Shown piece after piece: positions 27,292 to 36,785 of a DNA stretch of 64,000 bases. Made by a program: the position numbers and the translations under genes. The notes under the pieces were generated by a model, which made no database searches, had not been told where the DNA came from, and worked only from the letters and a program-made list of their open reading frames with translations. How positions within the stretch are numbered: the stretch's first letter is position 1; the number at the start of each line of letters is the position of its first letter. This DNA comes from a virus. Its lineage: Duplodnaviria > Caudoviricetes. The stretch lies in the IMG/VR virus record IMGVR_UViG_3300028580_000062, positions 9,428-73,427 of that record. One strand, written 5' to 3'.

Positions 27292-30182
27292 AAAATCTCA
27301 ATTTAGATCTGGAGACATTTTCGGATGTCGATCTTGCAAAATGTGGCGTATATAAATACGCCAGTTCACCAGCGTTCCAAATCCTGCTGTTTGGATACTC
27401 GGTCGATCATGGACCAGTGGTAACTGTAGACTTGGCATGCGGAGAGGAACTGCCAGAAGAGATCCTTGCAGCATTGACTGATCAATCCGTCGTCAAATGG
27501 GCATTCAACTGTATGTTCGAGAGGATCTGTATCTCGACCTACTTACGCAAACACTATCCTGAACACTTCACAACTTATAGCATTCCTGAAGATACGGTTC
27601 GCAACTATCTAGACCCAGCATCCTGGCATTGCTCAATGGTATGGTCTGCCTATCGTGGCTTGCCGCTGTCGCTTGCTTCAGTTGGTGCGGTGCTCGGATT
27701 AGAGGATCAGAAGATGACAGAAGGGAAGGATTTGATCCGTTTCTTCTGTATGCCACGTAAGTCGGATGGAGGTAGGAATCTTCCATTGGATGCACCGGAT
27801 AAATGGGCGGTCTTTAAGTCCTATAACATCAGGGATGTAGAAGTGGAAATCAGCATCCAGGAACGATTGCAGAAGTTTCCTGTTCCTGAGAGTGTCTGGA
27901 AGGAATATGCAATCGACCAGGAAATCAATGATCGAGGCGTCAGGGTTGATATGAAGCTGGTAAAGAATGCCATTGCGATTGATGAGCTAACTCACAATAA
28001 GTTGATGGATCAACTCACGACCATTACTGGCCTACAGAATCCTAACTCGGTCCAACAGATGAAAGAGTACCTGGCAACGAATGGCCTCGTCATGGATACC
28101 CTAGGAAAGAAGGCAGTGCGTGAAATGGTCAAGACAGCACCAGAAGACATGAAGACGGTTCTGGAGTTGCGCCAAGAGACTGCAAAGTCATCCATCAAGA
28201 AGTTCCAAACGATGGAGCGTGCAGCTTGCAGTGATGATCGAGTTCGCGGGATGTTCCAGTTCTTTGGGGCTCCACGTACCGGTCGCTTTGCCGGCAGACT
28301 GGTCCAGCTTCAGAATCTGAAGCGGAATGATATGCCAGATTTAGCGGAGGCCCGAGCACTGGTCAAGGAAGGTAACTATGAAGCGTTGGAACTGCTCTAT
28401 GACTCAGTGCCTGAGGTCCTATCGGAATTGATCCGGACGGCATTGATTCCAAAGCCAGGATATAAGTTCTATGTTGCTGACTACTCCGCAGTTGAAGCCA
28501 GATGTCTTTCTTTCCTTGCCAAAGAACAATGGCGGATAGATTCCTTTGCGGCCAATAAGGATATCTATTGCGAAACTGCCAGCCGTATGTTTGGAGTTCC
28601 AGTAGTGAAGCATGGCATCAATGGTGAGCTGCGACAGAAAGGAAAGCAGGCAGAACTTGCATGCATTGCTGAAGGCCAGCTTGTCCTCACAGATCATGGA
28701 CTGGTACCTATTGAAAAGGTCACAACAGAAATGGGGGTCTTTGATGGTGAGGAGTTCGTGCACCATGAAGGCGTTGTTTACAAAGGAGAACGAGAGGTAA
28801 TGACATATGAAGGACTTACAGCAACCCCAGACCATTACGTGTGGGTCGAAGGGAAACAGGAGCCAATACAGCTTGGAGTCGCCGCCACCTGCGGCGCACA
28901 TCTCGTACAGTCCGGAGATGGTAGGAACCCATTACGGCTGGATAGAGATCATCAGCCCGGAGAAGCGCTGGAACAAGAAATGGAATCATTGTTATGTGCT
29001 AACAAAGTGTCATGGGTGCGGCAGTATCCAATGGCAGATATTAGACAGTTTGAGAAGCGGAAAATCAAAAGGATGTCAGCATTGTTCTCAACCGAGACTG
29101 GCACCGGCATGGTTGTACAAAAGATTGACAGCAGCAAAGCAACGCTGCACAAATCCAAGAAATCCGCTGTATCAAGATTATGGAAATCGAGGCATCAAAT
29201 TCGAGTTTTCCAGCATCAACGAAGCCTGCCAGTATTTGATGACAGAGCTTGGAATTCCAGAACGAGAAATGGAATTAGATCGAATCGACACAAACGGAAA
29301 CTATGCTCGTGGGAATCTTCGCTTTGTTACAAGAGAGGAGAACCAGTCGAATCGAAGATTGACGGTTCTGTCAGAGTTTGCCCAGGAGTATTGGCCATAC
29401 AGCAGATCAGTTGTAACAAGGAAACTGTCAGAAGGTATGTCTCGAGATCAAATAATTCTCGAAGCACAAAAAGCAGTAATCGAAAAACGGAAGCACTGGC
29501 ACATCATCTCGGCAAGGCTAGACTTTATGACATTCGAAATGCCGGACCACATCACCGTTTTACCGTATCGGGACATCTAGTTCATAACTGCGGCTACGGA
29601 GGGTCAAAAGGCGCACTTATTGCAATGGGTGCGTTGGACCAGGGACTCGATGAATCGGAATTACAACCGCTGGTTGATGCTTGGAGAGCCACCAATCCGA
29701 AGATTGTTGCTTTCTGGTGGGAAGTGGATGAAGCAATCAAGAAAGCAGTGCGTTATAAGACAACAACGGAGACACATGGCCTGAAGTTTATTTGCCAGTC
29801 TGGGATGTTGTTTATTCAGCTGCCATCTGGCCGGTCACTCTCCTACGTGAAGCCAAGAATCGGTGTAAATCAGTTTGGCTCGGATTGTGTTACGTATATG
29901 GGCTTGGATTCCACAAAGCACTGGAGCAGGGTGGAAAGCTATGGTCCCAAGTTTGTCGAAAATATCACCCAGGCAATCTGCCGGGATATCTTGTGCTATG
30001 CAATGCAGACATTACAGTTCTGCTTTATCTGTGCCCATGTCCATGATGAATTGATCATTGAGTGCAAGGAAGAGGTATCCCTGGATGAGATCTGCAAACT
30101 GATGGGCAGGACGCCGCCTTGGATACCAGGTCTTTTGTTACGTGCCGATGGTTATACCTGTGACTTTTATCAAAAAGATTGA
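27288..30182 (+). CDS. Phage family A DNA polymerase containing an intein
   Basis: LDLETFS exonuclease, ADYSAVEAR (motif A), KQAELA|CGYGG (motif B), HVHDE (motif C); about 655 aa after splicing. Confidence 0.92.
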   Translation: MKNLNLDLETFSDVDLAKCGVYKYASSPAFQILLFGYSVDHGPVVTVDLACGEELPEEILAALTDQSVVKWAFNCMFERICISTYLRKHYPEHFTTYSIPEDTVRNYLDPASWHCSMVWSAYRGLPLSLASVGAVLGLEDQKMTEGKDLIRFFCMPRKSDGGRNLPLDAPDKWAVFKSYNIRDVEVEISIQERLQKFPVPESVWKEYAIDQEINDRGVRVDMKLVKNAIAIDELTHNKLMDQLTTITGLQNPNSVQQMKEYLATNGLVMDTLGKKAVREMVKTAPEDMKTVLELRQETAKSSIKKFQTMERAACSDDRVRGMFQFFGAPRTGRFAGRLVQLQNLKRNDMPDLAEARALVKEGNYEALELLYDSVPEVLSELIRTALIPKPGYKFYVADYSAVEARCLSFLAKEQWRIDSFAANKDIYCETASRMFGVPVVKHGINGELRQKGKQAELACIAEGQLVLTDHGLVPIEKVTTEMGVFDGEEFVHHEGVVYKGEREVMTYEGLTATPDHYVWVEGKQEPIQLGVAATCGAHLVQSGDGRNPLRLDRDHQPGEALEQEMESLLCANKVSWVRQYPMADIRQFEKRKIKRMSALFSTETGTGMVVQKIDSSKATLHKSKKSAVSRLWKSRHQIRVFQHQRSLPVFDDRAWNSRTRNGIRSNRHKRKLCSWESSLCYKRGEPVESKIDGSVRVCPGVLAIQQISCNKETVRRYVSRSNNSRSTKSSNRKTEALAHHLGKARLYDIRNAGPHHRFTVSGHLVHNCGYGGSKGALIAMGALDQGLDESELQPLVDAWRATNPKIVAFWWEVDEAIKKAVRYKTTTETHGLKFICQSGMLFIQLPSGRSLSYVKPRIGVNQFGSDCVTYMGLDSTKHWSRVESYGPKFVENITQAICRDILCYAMQTLQFCFICAHVHDELIIECKEEVSLDEICKLMGRTPPWIPGLLLRADGYTCDFYQKD
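28662..29588 (+). mobile_element. Class 1 intein (309 aa) in PolA motif B
   Basis: Block A CIAEGQLVLT, block B TPDH, block F RLYDIRNAGPHHRF, block G VHN followed by Cys+1. Confidence 0.93.
28807..29580 (+). CDS. HNH homing endonuclease overprinted in the +1 frame inside the intein
   Basis: CHGCG/CQHC zinc motif, KQRCTNP...YGNRGI, LDRIDTNGNYARGNLRFVTREENQSNRR; GAGGT (28794-28798) 8 nt before ATG 28807. Confidence 0.88.
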   Translation: MKDLQQPQTITCGSKGNRSQYSLESPPPAAHISYSPEMVGTHYGWIEIISPEKRWNKKWNHCYVLTKCHGCGSIQWQILDSLRSGKSKGCQHCSQPRLAPAWLYKRLTAAKQRCTNPRNPLYQDYGNRGIKFEFSSINEACQYLMTELGIPEREMELDRIDTNGNYARGNLRFVTREENQSNRRLTVLSEFAQEYWPYSRSVVTRKLSEGMSRDQIILEAQKAVIEKRKHWHIISARLDFMTFEMPDHITVLPYRDI

Positions 30183-30189
30183 TTATGTT

Positions 30190-30221
30190 TTGCTCAAAAA
30201 AGCTCCTTTTGTCCTGTGTGT
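30190..30221 (+). promoter_or_regulatory. Repeated promoter-like motif copy 2
   Basis: TTGCTCA-N13-TGTCCTGTGTGT ahead of the primase operon. Confidence 0.7.
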
Positions 30222-30276
30222 ATTGGAAGGACATCAAGAGCTCTTTTGTTCTTCCTAGAAAAGGAAGGAAAAACAT

Positions 30277-30687
30277 GTGTTCGAAGAGATCAAGAAAGCT
30301 GGCTTTGCGGATGTGGATGCCTATGACGCGTTGGAGGCATTAGAAACAAAGCACTTTGCACCAAGACCGATTATCTATGTCTGTTCCCCATACTCAGGCG
30401 ATATTGCTGGGAATGTGGAGAAGGCAAAGAAGTATAGTCGGTTCGTTGTAGATGAGGGAGGCATACCAATTACACCGCATCTTTATATGCCTTCATTCCT
30501 GAAAGAAGAATCAGAACGAGATCTAGCAATCTTCATGGATCTTGAGTTGTTAACCAGATGCTCTGAGGTGTGGGTATTTGGCGAGGTGTTGTCTGCAGGG
30601 ATGCAGATCGAAATTGATCGTGCCCAACAAAAAGGGAAAACGATCCGGTACGTTGGCGAGGAGGAAATCAAATGTACGAAGTATTAA
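30277..30687 (+). CDS. DUF4406/nucleoside-deoxyribosyltransferase-like protein
   Basis: IYVCSPYSG...PITPHLY...CSEVWVFG...GMQIEI. Confidence 0.75.
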   Translation: MFEEIKKAGFADVDAYDALEALETKHFAPRPIIYVCSPYSGDIAGNVEKAKKYSRFVVDEGGIPITPHLYMPSFLKEESERDLAIFMDLELLTRCSEVWVFGEVLSAGMQIEIDRAQQKGKTIRYVGEEEIKCTKY

Positions 30688-30983
30688 GTGGTGAAAGAGA
30701 AGTCGGTGGCAAGACCATCAATACCTTCAAGAGGGAAATCTATAGTGCAAACATCATGGAAGTAGAAGCTGGCACGAATGGATATCAGGGAGATGGCAGT
30801 AGGACATATATCCGTATCCAGGATTTAGCAGGAACGGATATCCAGGTACGAAAGACCCATGATGCTTATGGCCATGAAGATGGTGTTGTGATTGCCCTGG
30901 GTGGTGATGCAGAGTTGGATACCATCTATGAAGCACTGCAGTTTATTACCAAAGTCTTGGATGATCAAAGACGCAGGAGGTAA
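30672..30983 (+). CDS. Conserved phage hypothetical protein
   Basis: EVEAGTNGYQGD.SRTYIRI; operon context. Confidence 0.7.
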   Translation: MYEVLSGEREVGGKTINTFKREIYSANIMEVEAGTNGYQGDGSRTYIRIQDLAGTDIQVRKTHDAYGHEDGVVIALGGDAELDTIYEALQFITKVLDDQRRRR

Positions 30984-30991
30984 CGACAAAT

Positions 30992-33370
30992 ATGCGTGAT
31001 TTAAAAATAGCATATGGAAATTCCAGGCAGGCAAAGTTCTGGTCCAATAAGACGATTACCTTTGAAGAACTGAAGGATAGGTTAAGGATACCAATCAGGA
31101 CTTCAGAAACGACGGCTGAATACATGTCCCTTCAGAAAACACAAAGAGATGGTATCAAGGATAAAGGTGGCTTTGTGGCCGGGCACCTTCGGGATAACAG
31201 AAGGAAGGTGGATCACGTAGATTGTCGGTCCATGGTAGTGTATGACATTGACTTTGCTACGCCTGAGTTCATTCAGGATATCAAGGCGAAGGTTCCGTAT
31301 GTTGGCTGTGCTTATTCAACGCACAGCCATATGCCGGAGAAACCACGTGTCAGGGCAATCCTCCCGGCAGCAAGGGACATGACACCCGATGAACATAATG
31401 CAATAGCAAGGTTTGTTGCAGCGGACATGGGAATCATTGATATGATCGACCCATGTTCTTTTGAACCGCATCAGCTGATGTACTGGCCATCCTGCCCGTC
31501 TGATGGGGAGTATCTCTTTATCGAGTTAGATGGTGATGTCATTGATCCCGACAAGATTCTCTCAGCACATCCTAATTGGCGGGACTGTTCATTGCTTCCT
31601 ACGACACCAAAGGAAAGCACTGCGAAAAAAGATCCTGGGAAGAAGCAGCAGGACCCATTGGCAAAGAATGGTGCAGTCGGATATTTCTGCAGACTGTTCA
31701 CCATAGAAGATGCAATTGCGAGGTTCTTATCTGATATCTATGAGCCTGTAGCAAATATGTCTGGAAGATACACTTATATCCCCGGCGAGAGTGCTGCAGG
31801 TCTTGTCGTATACGAGAATGGAACGTTTGCATATTCCCACCATGCAACTGACCCAGCTTTTGGGAAGCTGTTAAATGCATTTGATCTGGTCCGTGTTCAT
31901 AAGTTTCCAGATGCAGAGGACAAGCAGAGCTATAAGGATATGGCGGACTTTGTTATGTCGCTGCCGGAGATCAAGATGCTGGCGACAAAGGAAAAGCTCG
32001 AAGAAGCCCAGAAGACTTTCGGGGAGACCAATAGTGCAGAAACCGATGATACCTGGAAAGGCAGCCTGCAGTATATGTCACGCAGCACGGTCTTGCAGAA
32101 TAGTGTCTGGAACGAAATGCTGATCCTAAATAATGATCCTGATTGTCAGGGCTTTGCATATAACGAAATGGCAAACCGTGTCCAGGTGACTGGAAAGGTG
32201 CCGTGGGATAGGCCAACCGACAACAAGTTCTGGCGTGATGCTGATACAGCTCAGCTTAAGGCTATGATCGATATTCGCTATGTTTGCTTCTCAGACAGAA
32301 ACCATAATGTTGCTTTTACGAAGGTGGCTGACGACCGCCGGTTTCACCCGGTCAGGAATTATCTGAATGCACTGCCCGCGTGGGATGGCATTAAGCGTGT
32401 CGACGATCTTTTCATTAAGAGGTTGTCGGCAGACGACACCAACTATGTCAAAGCAGTCACCCGGAAAACCTTAGTAGCGGCCGTGGCCCGCATCTACCAC
32501 CCTGGGACAAAGTTCGATACGGTCCTGGTCTTAGATGGTGATCAGGGTATCGGTAAAAGTACCATGTGGAAGTCCTTAGCTGGCGATGAGTATTTCTCGG
32601 ATGCACTGTCCCTTACTGATATGGATGACAAATCAGGAGCTGAAAAGCTGCAGGGATTCTGGATCATCGAGATCGGCGAGCTGGCTGGAATGAAAAGGGC
32701 TGACATTGAAAAGGTGAAGTCGTTTATGTCCACCTCTGATGACAAATACCGTCCGAGCTATGGCAAGGTGGTCGAAAGCCATCCGCGCCAGTGCATCGTG
32801 GTAGCTACGGTAAATGGCGAGCGCGGGTACCTTCGTGACATTACAGGCAATCGCCGGTTCTGGATTGTGAAGTGCCGGCAGATTGAGAAAATGGTCAAGT
32901 GGAAGCTCAGCAGTGAAGAGCGTGACCAGATCTGGGCTGAGGTCAAGTATTACTACGAACAGGGCGAGAAGCTCTATCTTGAAGGCAATCTCCTGGAAGA
33001 TGCTGAAGAGGCACAACGTGGTGCGATGGAAGCAGATGAGCGTCAGGGCATGGTTGGGGAGTATCTGTCAAAGCTCCTGCCAGAAAACTGGAACGATATG
33101 GATCTTTATCAACGTCGGAATTTTCTGGATGGTGATGACCTTATTAAAAAGGAAGGCACTGTTCCAAGGCAGACCGTTAGCAATGCGGAGATCTGGTGCG
33201 AATGTTTCAAGCGGAATCTCGCTGACATGAAGCCGACCGATTCCTATGCGATAGCGGCTTTGATGACACAGGTCGATGGCTGGGAGAGGACATCCCATCG
33301 GATGCGGCTTCCTATCTATGGTCAGCAACGGATGTATGTAAATGCAGCCCATAACACCAAGAACTGGTGA
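30992..33370 (+). CDS. Primase-helicase of the VirE (virulence-associated E) family
   Basis: N-terminal prim-pol-like YSTHSH..PRVR; GDQGIGKST Walker A, EIGEL, TGNRRFW. Confidence 0.9.
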   Translation: MRDLKIAYGNSRQAKFWSNKTITFEELKDRLRIPIRTSETTAEYMSLQKTQRDGIKDKGGFVAGHLRDNRRKVDHVDCRSMVVYDIDFATPEFIQDIKAKVPYVGCAYSTHSHMPEKPRVRAILPAARDMTPDEHNAIARFVAADMGIIDMIDPCSFEPHQLMYWPSCPSDGEYLFIELDGDVIDPDKILSAHPNWRDCSLLPTTPKESTAKKDPGKKQQDPLAKNGAVGYFCRLFTIEDAIARFLSDIYEPVANMSGRYTYIPGESAAGLVVYENGTFAYSHHATDPAFGKLLNAFDLVRVHKFPDAEDKQSYKDMADFVMSLPEIKMLATKEKLEEAQKTFGETNSAETDDTWKGSLQYMSRSTVLQNSVWNEMLILNNDPDCQGFAYNEMANRVQVTGKVPWDRPTDNKFWRDADTAQLKAMIDIRYVCFSDRNHNVAFTKVADDRRFHPVRNYLNALPAWDGIKRVDDLFIKRLSADDTNYVKAVTRKTLVAAVARIYHPGTKFDTVLVLDGDQGIGKSTMWKSLAGDEYFSDALSLTDMDDKSGAEKLQGFWIIEIGELAGMKRADIEKVKSFMSTSDDKYRPSYGKVVESHPRQCIVVATVNGERGYLRDITGNRRFWIVKCRQIEKMVKWKLSSEERDQIWAEVKYYYEQGEKLYLEGNLLEDAEEAQRGAMEADERQGMVGEYLSKLLPENWNDMDLYQRRNFLDGDDLIKKEGTVPRQTVSNAEIWCECFKRNLADMKPTDSYAIAALMTQVDGWERTSHRMRLPIYGQQRMYVNAAHNTKNW

Positions 33371-33375
33371 CAGCA

Positions 33376-33803
33376 TGTGAGACAGTGACAGCATTTCCCC
33401 TTATATTTACTTTTGGTAAAAATCAAGGAGAGTAGAAAACTCACCTGCACACACGCGCGTAGGTATATATAGGAAAAAGCTGTCATTTTGTCCTCACCGT
33501 CACACGGGCTGATGACAAGATGTGAGACAGTGACAGCATTTCCCCTTATATTTACTTTTGGTAAAAATCAAGGAGAGTAGAAAACTCACCTGCACACACG
33601 CGCGTAGGTATATATAGGAAAAAGCTGTCATTCTGTCCTCACCGTCACAATGGGAGGAACAAAATGACAAGGTGTGAGACAGTGACAGCATTTCCCCTTA
33701 TATTTACTTTTGGTAAAAATCAAGAAGAGTAGAGATAGATGCACGTACACACACGCGTAGGTATATATAGGGAATAGCTGTCATTCTGTCATCACCCGTC
33801 ACA
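33376..33803 (+). repeat. Three tandem ~145-152-bp origin-like units
   Basis: Units start TGTGAGACAGTGACAGC at 33376, 33521, 33673 and end GCTGTCATT(T/C)TGTC...CCGTCACA; AT-rich core. Confidence 0.9.
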
Positions 33804-33817
33804 ATGGGAGGAAAACA

Positions 33818-34339
33818 ATGAGTATAAAAAATGGAGTGGACAGCGCTTATATAGCCCGCTGTCATAAGGTTTTAAGAGAATGGGGAGCACCACTCTCTGA
33901 CTGGCACTGCGTATATGTGTACGATATGGCAGACGATGACGGTGGGGTTTATGACCTTGCCACTTGTGAACTTTGCGGCTGCAGCAAGGTCAGGTATGTA
34001 CACGTGATGAGACACGACCAGTATTTTGAGGACATTGAGGTCGGATGCATCTGTGCTGGAATCATGGAAGGGGATATCTTAGCTGCCAAAGAGCGAGAGA
34101 GGCTCATGAAGAACAGAGCTAAGCGGAAGCAGAACTTTGTACGCAGGAAATGGAAACAGACAAGGGATGGTGGATACTTTACCAATTACCGTGGGAAGCA
34201 GGTCTTTATAAAGCTTAGCAATCGGTACATTGTCACCTGCGATGGGAAGCAGACCTGTTCCTATAAGAATCGGCCAATCGACAACTTTCTATCTGCAGCT
34301 TATGCCGCCTTTGATCTAGCGGACCCTATCGAGATATGA
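33818..34339 (+). CDS. Zinc-finger hypothetical protein
   Basis: CELCG...HVMRH...GCIC. Confidence 0.75.
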   Translation: MSIKNGVDSAYIARCHKVLREWGAPLSDWHCVYVYDMADDDGGVYDLATCELCGCSKVRYVHVMRHDQYFEDIEVGCICAGIMEGDILAAKERERLMKNRAKRKQNFVRRKWKQTRDGGYFTNYRGKQVFIKLSNRYIVTCDGKQTCSYKNRPIDNFLSAAYAAFDLADPIEI

Positions 34340-34617
34340 GAGAAAAGATAATTGAGCAGCAGCTTGTTAAGGCAGTCAAGCACACAGGCGGGATGTGTCC
34401 AAAGTTTGTGTCACCTGGTTTGAATGGCATGCCAGATCGACTTGTTCTGTTGAATGAAGGTCACATGGCTTTCGTGGAAGTGAAGCAGAAAGGCAAAGTG
34501 CCAAGACCCCTGCAGAAGAAGAGACACAAACAATTACAGGAACTTGGATACCAGGTATTTGTTCTGGATGATCCAGAAGAGATTCAAGAAATATTGAAAA
34601 TCATAGGAGGCAAATAA
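34336..34617 (+). CDS. VRR-NUC domain nuclease
   Basis: EKIIEQQL, GMPDRLVL, FVEVKQ. Confidence 0.9.
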   Translation: MREKIIEQQLVKAVKHTGGMCPKFVSPGLNGMPDRLVLLNEGHMAFVEVKQKGKVPRPLQKKRHKQLQELGYQVFVLDDPEEIQEILKIIGGK

Positions 34618-36002
34618 TGTTAGATAGAGATGCATTGCATGACTATCAGAAATACAGTGTGAAGTTTGTTGAAGAACATCCAGCCGCAATCCTGATCCAA
34701 CAAATGGGTCTCGGCAAAACGATCAGCAGTTTAACATCGACATTAGATCTGATGTTCGATTCCTTCGAGGTCCACAAAACTTTAGTGATTGCACCACTAC
34801 GAGTAGCTCGTGATGTCTGGCCGCAGGAGTGCAGAGAGAATTGGTCACATACACGGTTCATGACGATGTCCGTTGTAGTGGGAGATGCCAAAGCAAGAGT
34901 GGCAGCACTAGAATTACCAGCAGACATCTATGTGGTAAATCGAGAGAACATCAAGTGGCTGGTCGAGTATTACGAGAAGAAGCATCAACCATGGCCATTC
35001 GATTGCTGCATCATTGATGAGCTGAGTTCCTTCAAGAATTATCGGTCACAGCGATTCCGGTATCTGAAAAAGGTGCGGCCATTCATGAAGAGGGTTGTGG
35101 GTTTAACAGGAACACCAGCATCCAATGGACTTCTTGATCTCTGGGGTGAGGTTGCAATTATCGATCAAGGAAAACGTCTTGGTAAGTTTATCGGAAGGTA
35201 CAGAGAAGCCTATTTCAAACCAGGTGATATGAATCCATACACTGGCATTGTTTATAACTATGTTCCACTGCCTGGTGCAGAGGAAGCGATCTATGACAAG
35301 ATCAGCGATATCAGTGTCAGTATGAAGTCTAAAGATTATCTGCCAGATATGCCTGAGTGTGTGACAGTCAATCATTCAGTTGAAATGAGCCCAGCAGAAA
35401 GAAAGCTGTATGACGAATTTGAAGCACAGATGGTTCTTAGCCTTGATGGTCAGAGTATCGATGCGGCAAATGCAGCAGTTCTGTCTGGTCGGTTGTTGGA
35501 AATGGCCAATGGAGCAGTTTATAACGAAAGCCATGAAGTTGTTCAGATCCATGAACGGAAGTTAGAGATGCTTGCGGATCTCGTGGAAGAGGCTGTTGGT
35601 CAGAATGTCCTGATTGCCTATTGGTATAAACATGATCGATCACGAATCATCGAGTACTTATCCAAACTGGGCTATGCAGTCAGAGATTTGAAGACGTCAG
35701 ACGATATTGCGGATTGGGATGCAGGAAAGATCCCGATTGCACTGATCTCACCAGCCAGTGCAGGTCATGGTTTGAATCTTCAGCATGGTGGTCATATCTT
35801 GATCTGGTTCTCCCTGTGCTGGTCACTAGAAATGCGGCAGCAGACTGATGCCAGACTAAATCGGCAAGGACAGACAGAAACAGTCACTATCCACAATATC
35901 ATTTGCAAAGATACCATTGATGAGGATGTGTTGAAGGCATTGGAGCATAAAGAGGCTACACAAGAGAATCTGATCCAGGCTGTAAGGGCACATCTGAAAT
36001 AA
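34617..36002 (+). CDS. SNF2-family phage helicase
   Basis: QMGLGKT, IIDELSSFK, GLTGTP, SAGHGLNLQ, ARLNRQGQ. Confidence 0.92.
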   Translation: MLDRDALHDYQKYSVKFVEEHPAAILIQQMGLGKTISSLTSTLDLMFDSFEVHKTLVIAPLRVARDVWPQECRENWSHTRFMTMSVVVGDAKARVAALELPADIYVVNRENIKWLVEYYEKKHQPWPFDCCIIDELSSFKNYRSQRFRYLKKVRPFMKRVVGLTGTPASNGLLDLWGEVAIIDQGKRLGKFIGRYREAYFKPGDMNPYTGIVYNYVPLPGAEEAIYDKISDISVSMKSKDYLPDMPECVTVNHSVEMSPAERKLYDEFEAQMVLSLDGQSIDAANAAVLSGRLLEMANGAVYNESHEVVQIHERKLEMLADLVEEAVGQNVLIAYWYKHDRSRIIEYLSKLGYAVRDLKTSDDIADWDAGKIPIALISPASAGHGLNLQHGGHILIWFSLCWSLEMRQQTDARLNRQGQTETVTIHNIICKDTIDEDVLKALEHKEATQENLIQAVRAHLK

Positions 36003-36049
36003 AGACAACATATGCCAATCCGAGGGATCAATCATGCGGAGGGAAGCAT

Positions 36050-36283
36050 ATGCAACAGGAAAATTTTGAACCATATATCAATTTGGCGAATGCAATCGTC
36101 AAAGAGGCAGCGAAAGAATATGTTTCAGCACTTCGAAAGCTAAAGCGGAATCGTGGGAATCAAGCCGCGATGAAAGAAGCGATGGAACTGGAGCAGTTCT
36201 TTTACTCACCGGACTTTGCAACACTAACCTCCCTTAATCCGGATTATCTAATCCAGAAACTAAGAGAGAAGGTGTGCAAATGA
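36050..36283 (+). CDS. Conserved phage hypothetical protein
   Basis: LANAIVKEAAKEY...LEQFFYS; GGAGG RBS. Confidence 0.75.
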   Translation: MQQENFEPYINLANAIVKEAAKEYVSALRKLKRNRGNQAAMKEAMELEQFFYSPDFATLTSLNPDYLIQKLREKVCK

Positions 36284-36750
36284 CACCGAAGTCATATTTG
36301 AATCAAGCATATCGATTAGAGCAGCGTATCCGCCTGGATAAAGAAGAGATAGAGCAGCTCCAGGCACTGTCAGTGAATGTATCGAGTCCTAGCTTTGAAG
36401 AGCACTATAATCCAAATCGAAATACCGAAGCATCGTTCATGAAGACCTTGGAGAAGGTTTGGAAGTACCAGGAACAGTTGAATCAAGAGTTAGATCTTCT
36501 TATGAGTTTGAAGATGGAGATTCAGTCGGTGATTGCTAGCGTGGATAATGTGGATGAACGACTGGTTCTGACCTATCGTTACATCAAGAACTACACGTGG
36601 ACCAGGATTGGTGATGAGATGATGGCAGATGAAAGAACAGTCCGCAGATGGCATAACAGGGCTTTGGCACATGTGGTACTGCCTGAAAATCCAACAATTA
36701 TTGAAATCCGCCGGAAATGTCCGCAAATGTCCAACAATACCCGCATTTGA
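36280..36750 (+). CDS. DUF1492/ArpU-RinA-like late transcriptional activator
   Basis: KSYLNQAYRLEQRI; C-terminal HTH YTWTRIGDEMMADERTVRRWHNRAL. Confidence 0.8.
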   Translation: MTPKSYLNQAYRLEQRIRLDKEEIEQLQALSVNVSSPSFEEHYNPNRNTEASFMKTLEKVWKYQEQLNQELDLLMSLKMEIQSVIASVDNVDERLVLTYRYIKNYTWTRIGDEMMADERTVRRWHNRALAHVVLPENPTIIEIRRKCPQMSNNTRI

Positions 36751-36775
36751 TGTGTGCTATGGTATAGTCGACAAG
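36702..36775 (+). promoter_or_regulatory. Late-promoter-like region, copy 1
   Basis: TGAAATCCGCCGGAAATGTCCGCAAATGTCC (36702-36732) with AAATGTCC iterons, then TGTGCTATGGTATAGTC. Confidence 0.6.
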
Positions 36776-36785
36776 AATCAGAGAG

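Noticed and set aside
28662-29588. Group I intron or programmed frameshift in polA
   Set aside because: The polymerase frame is open throughout and has complete intein blocks with exact extein junctions; the HNH ORF has its own RBS
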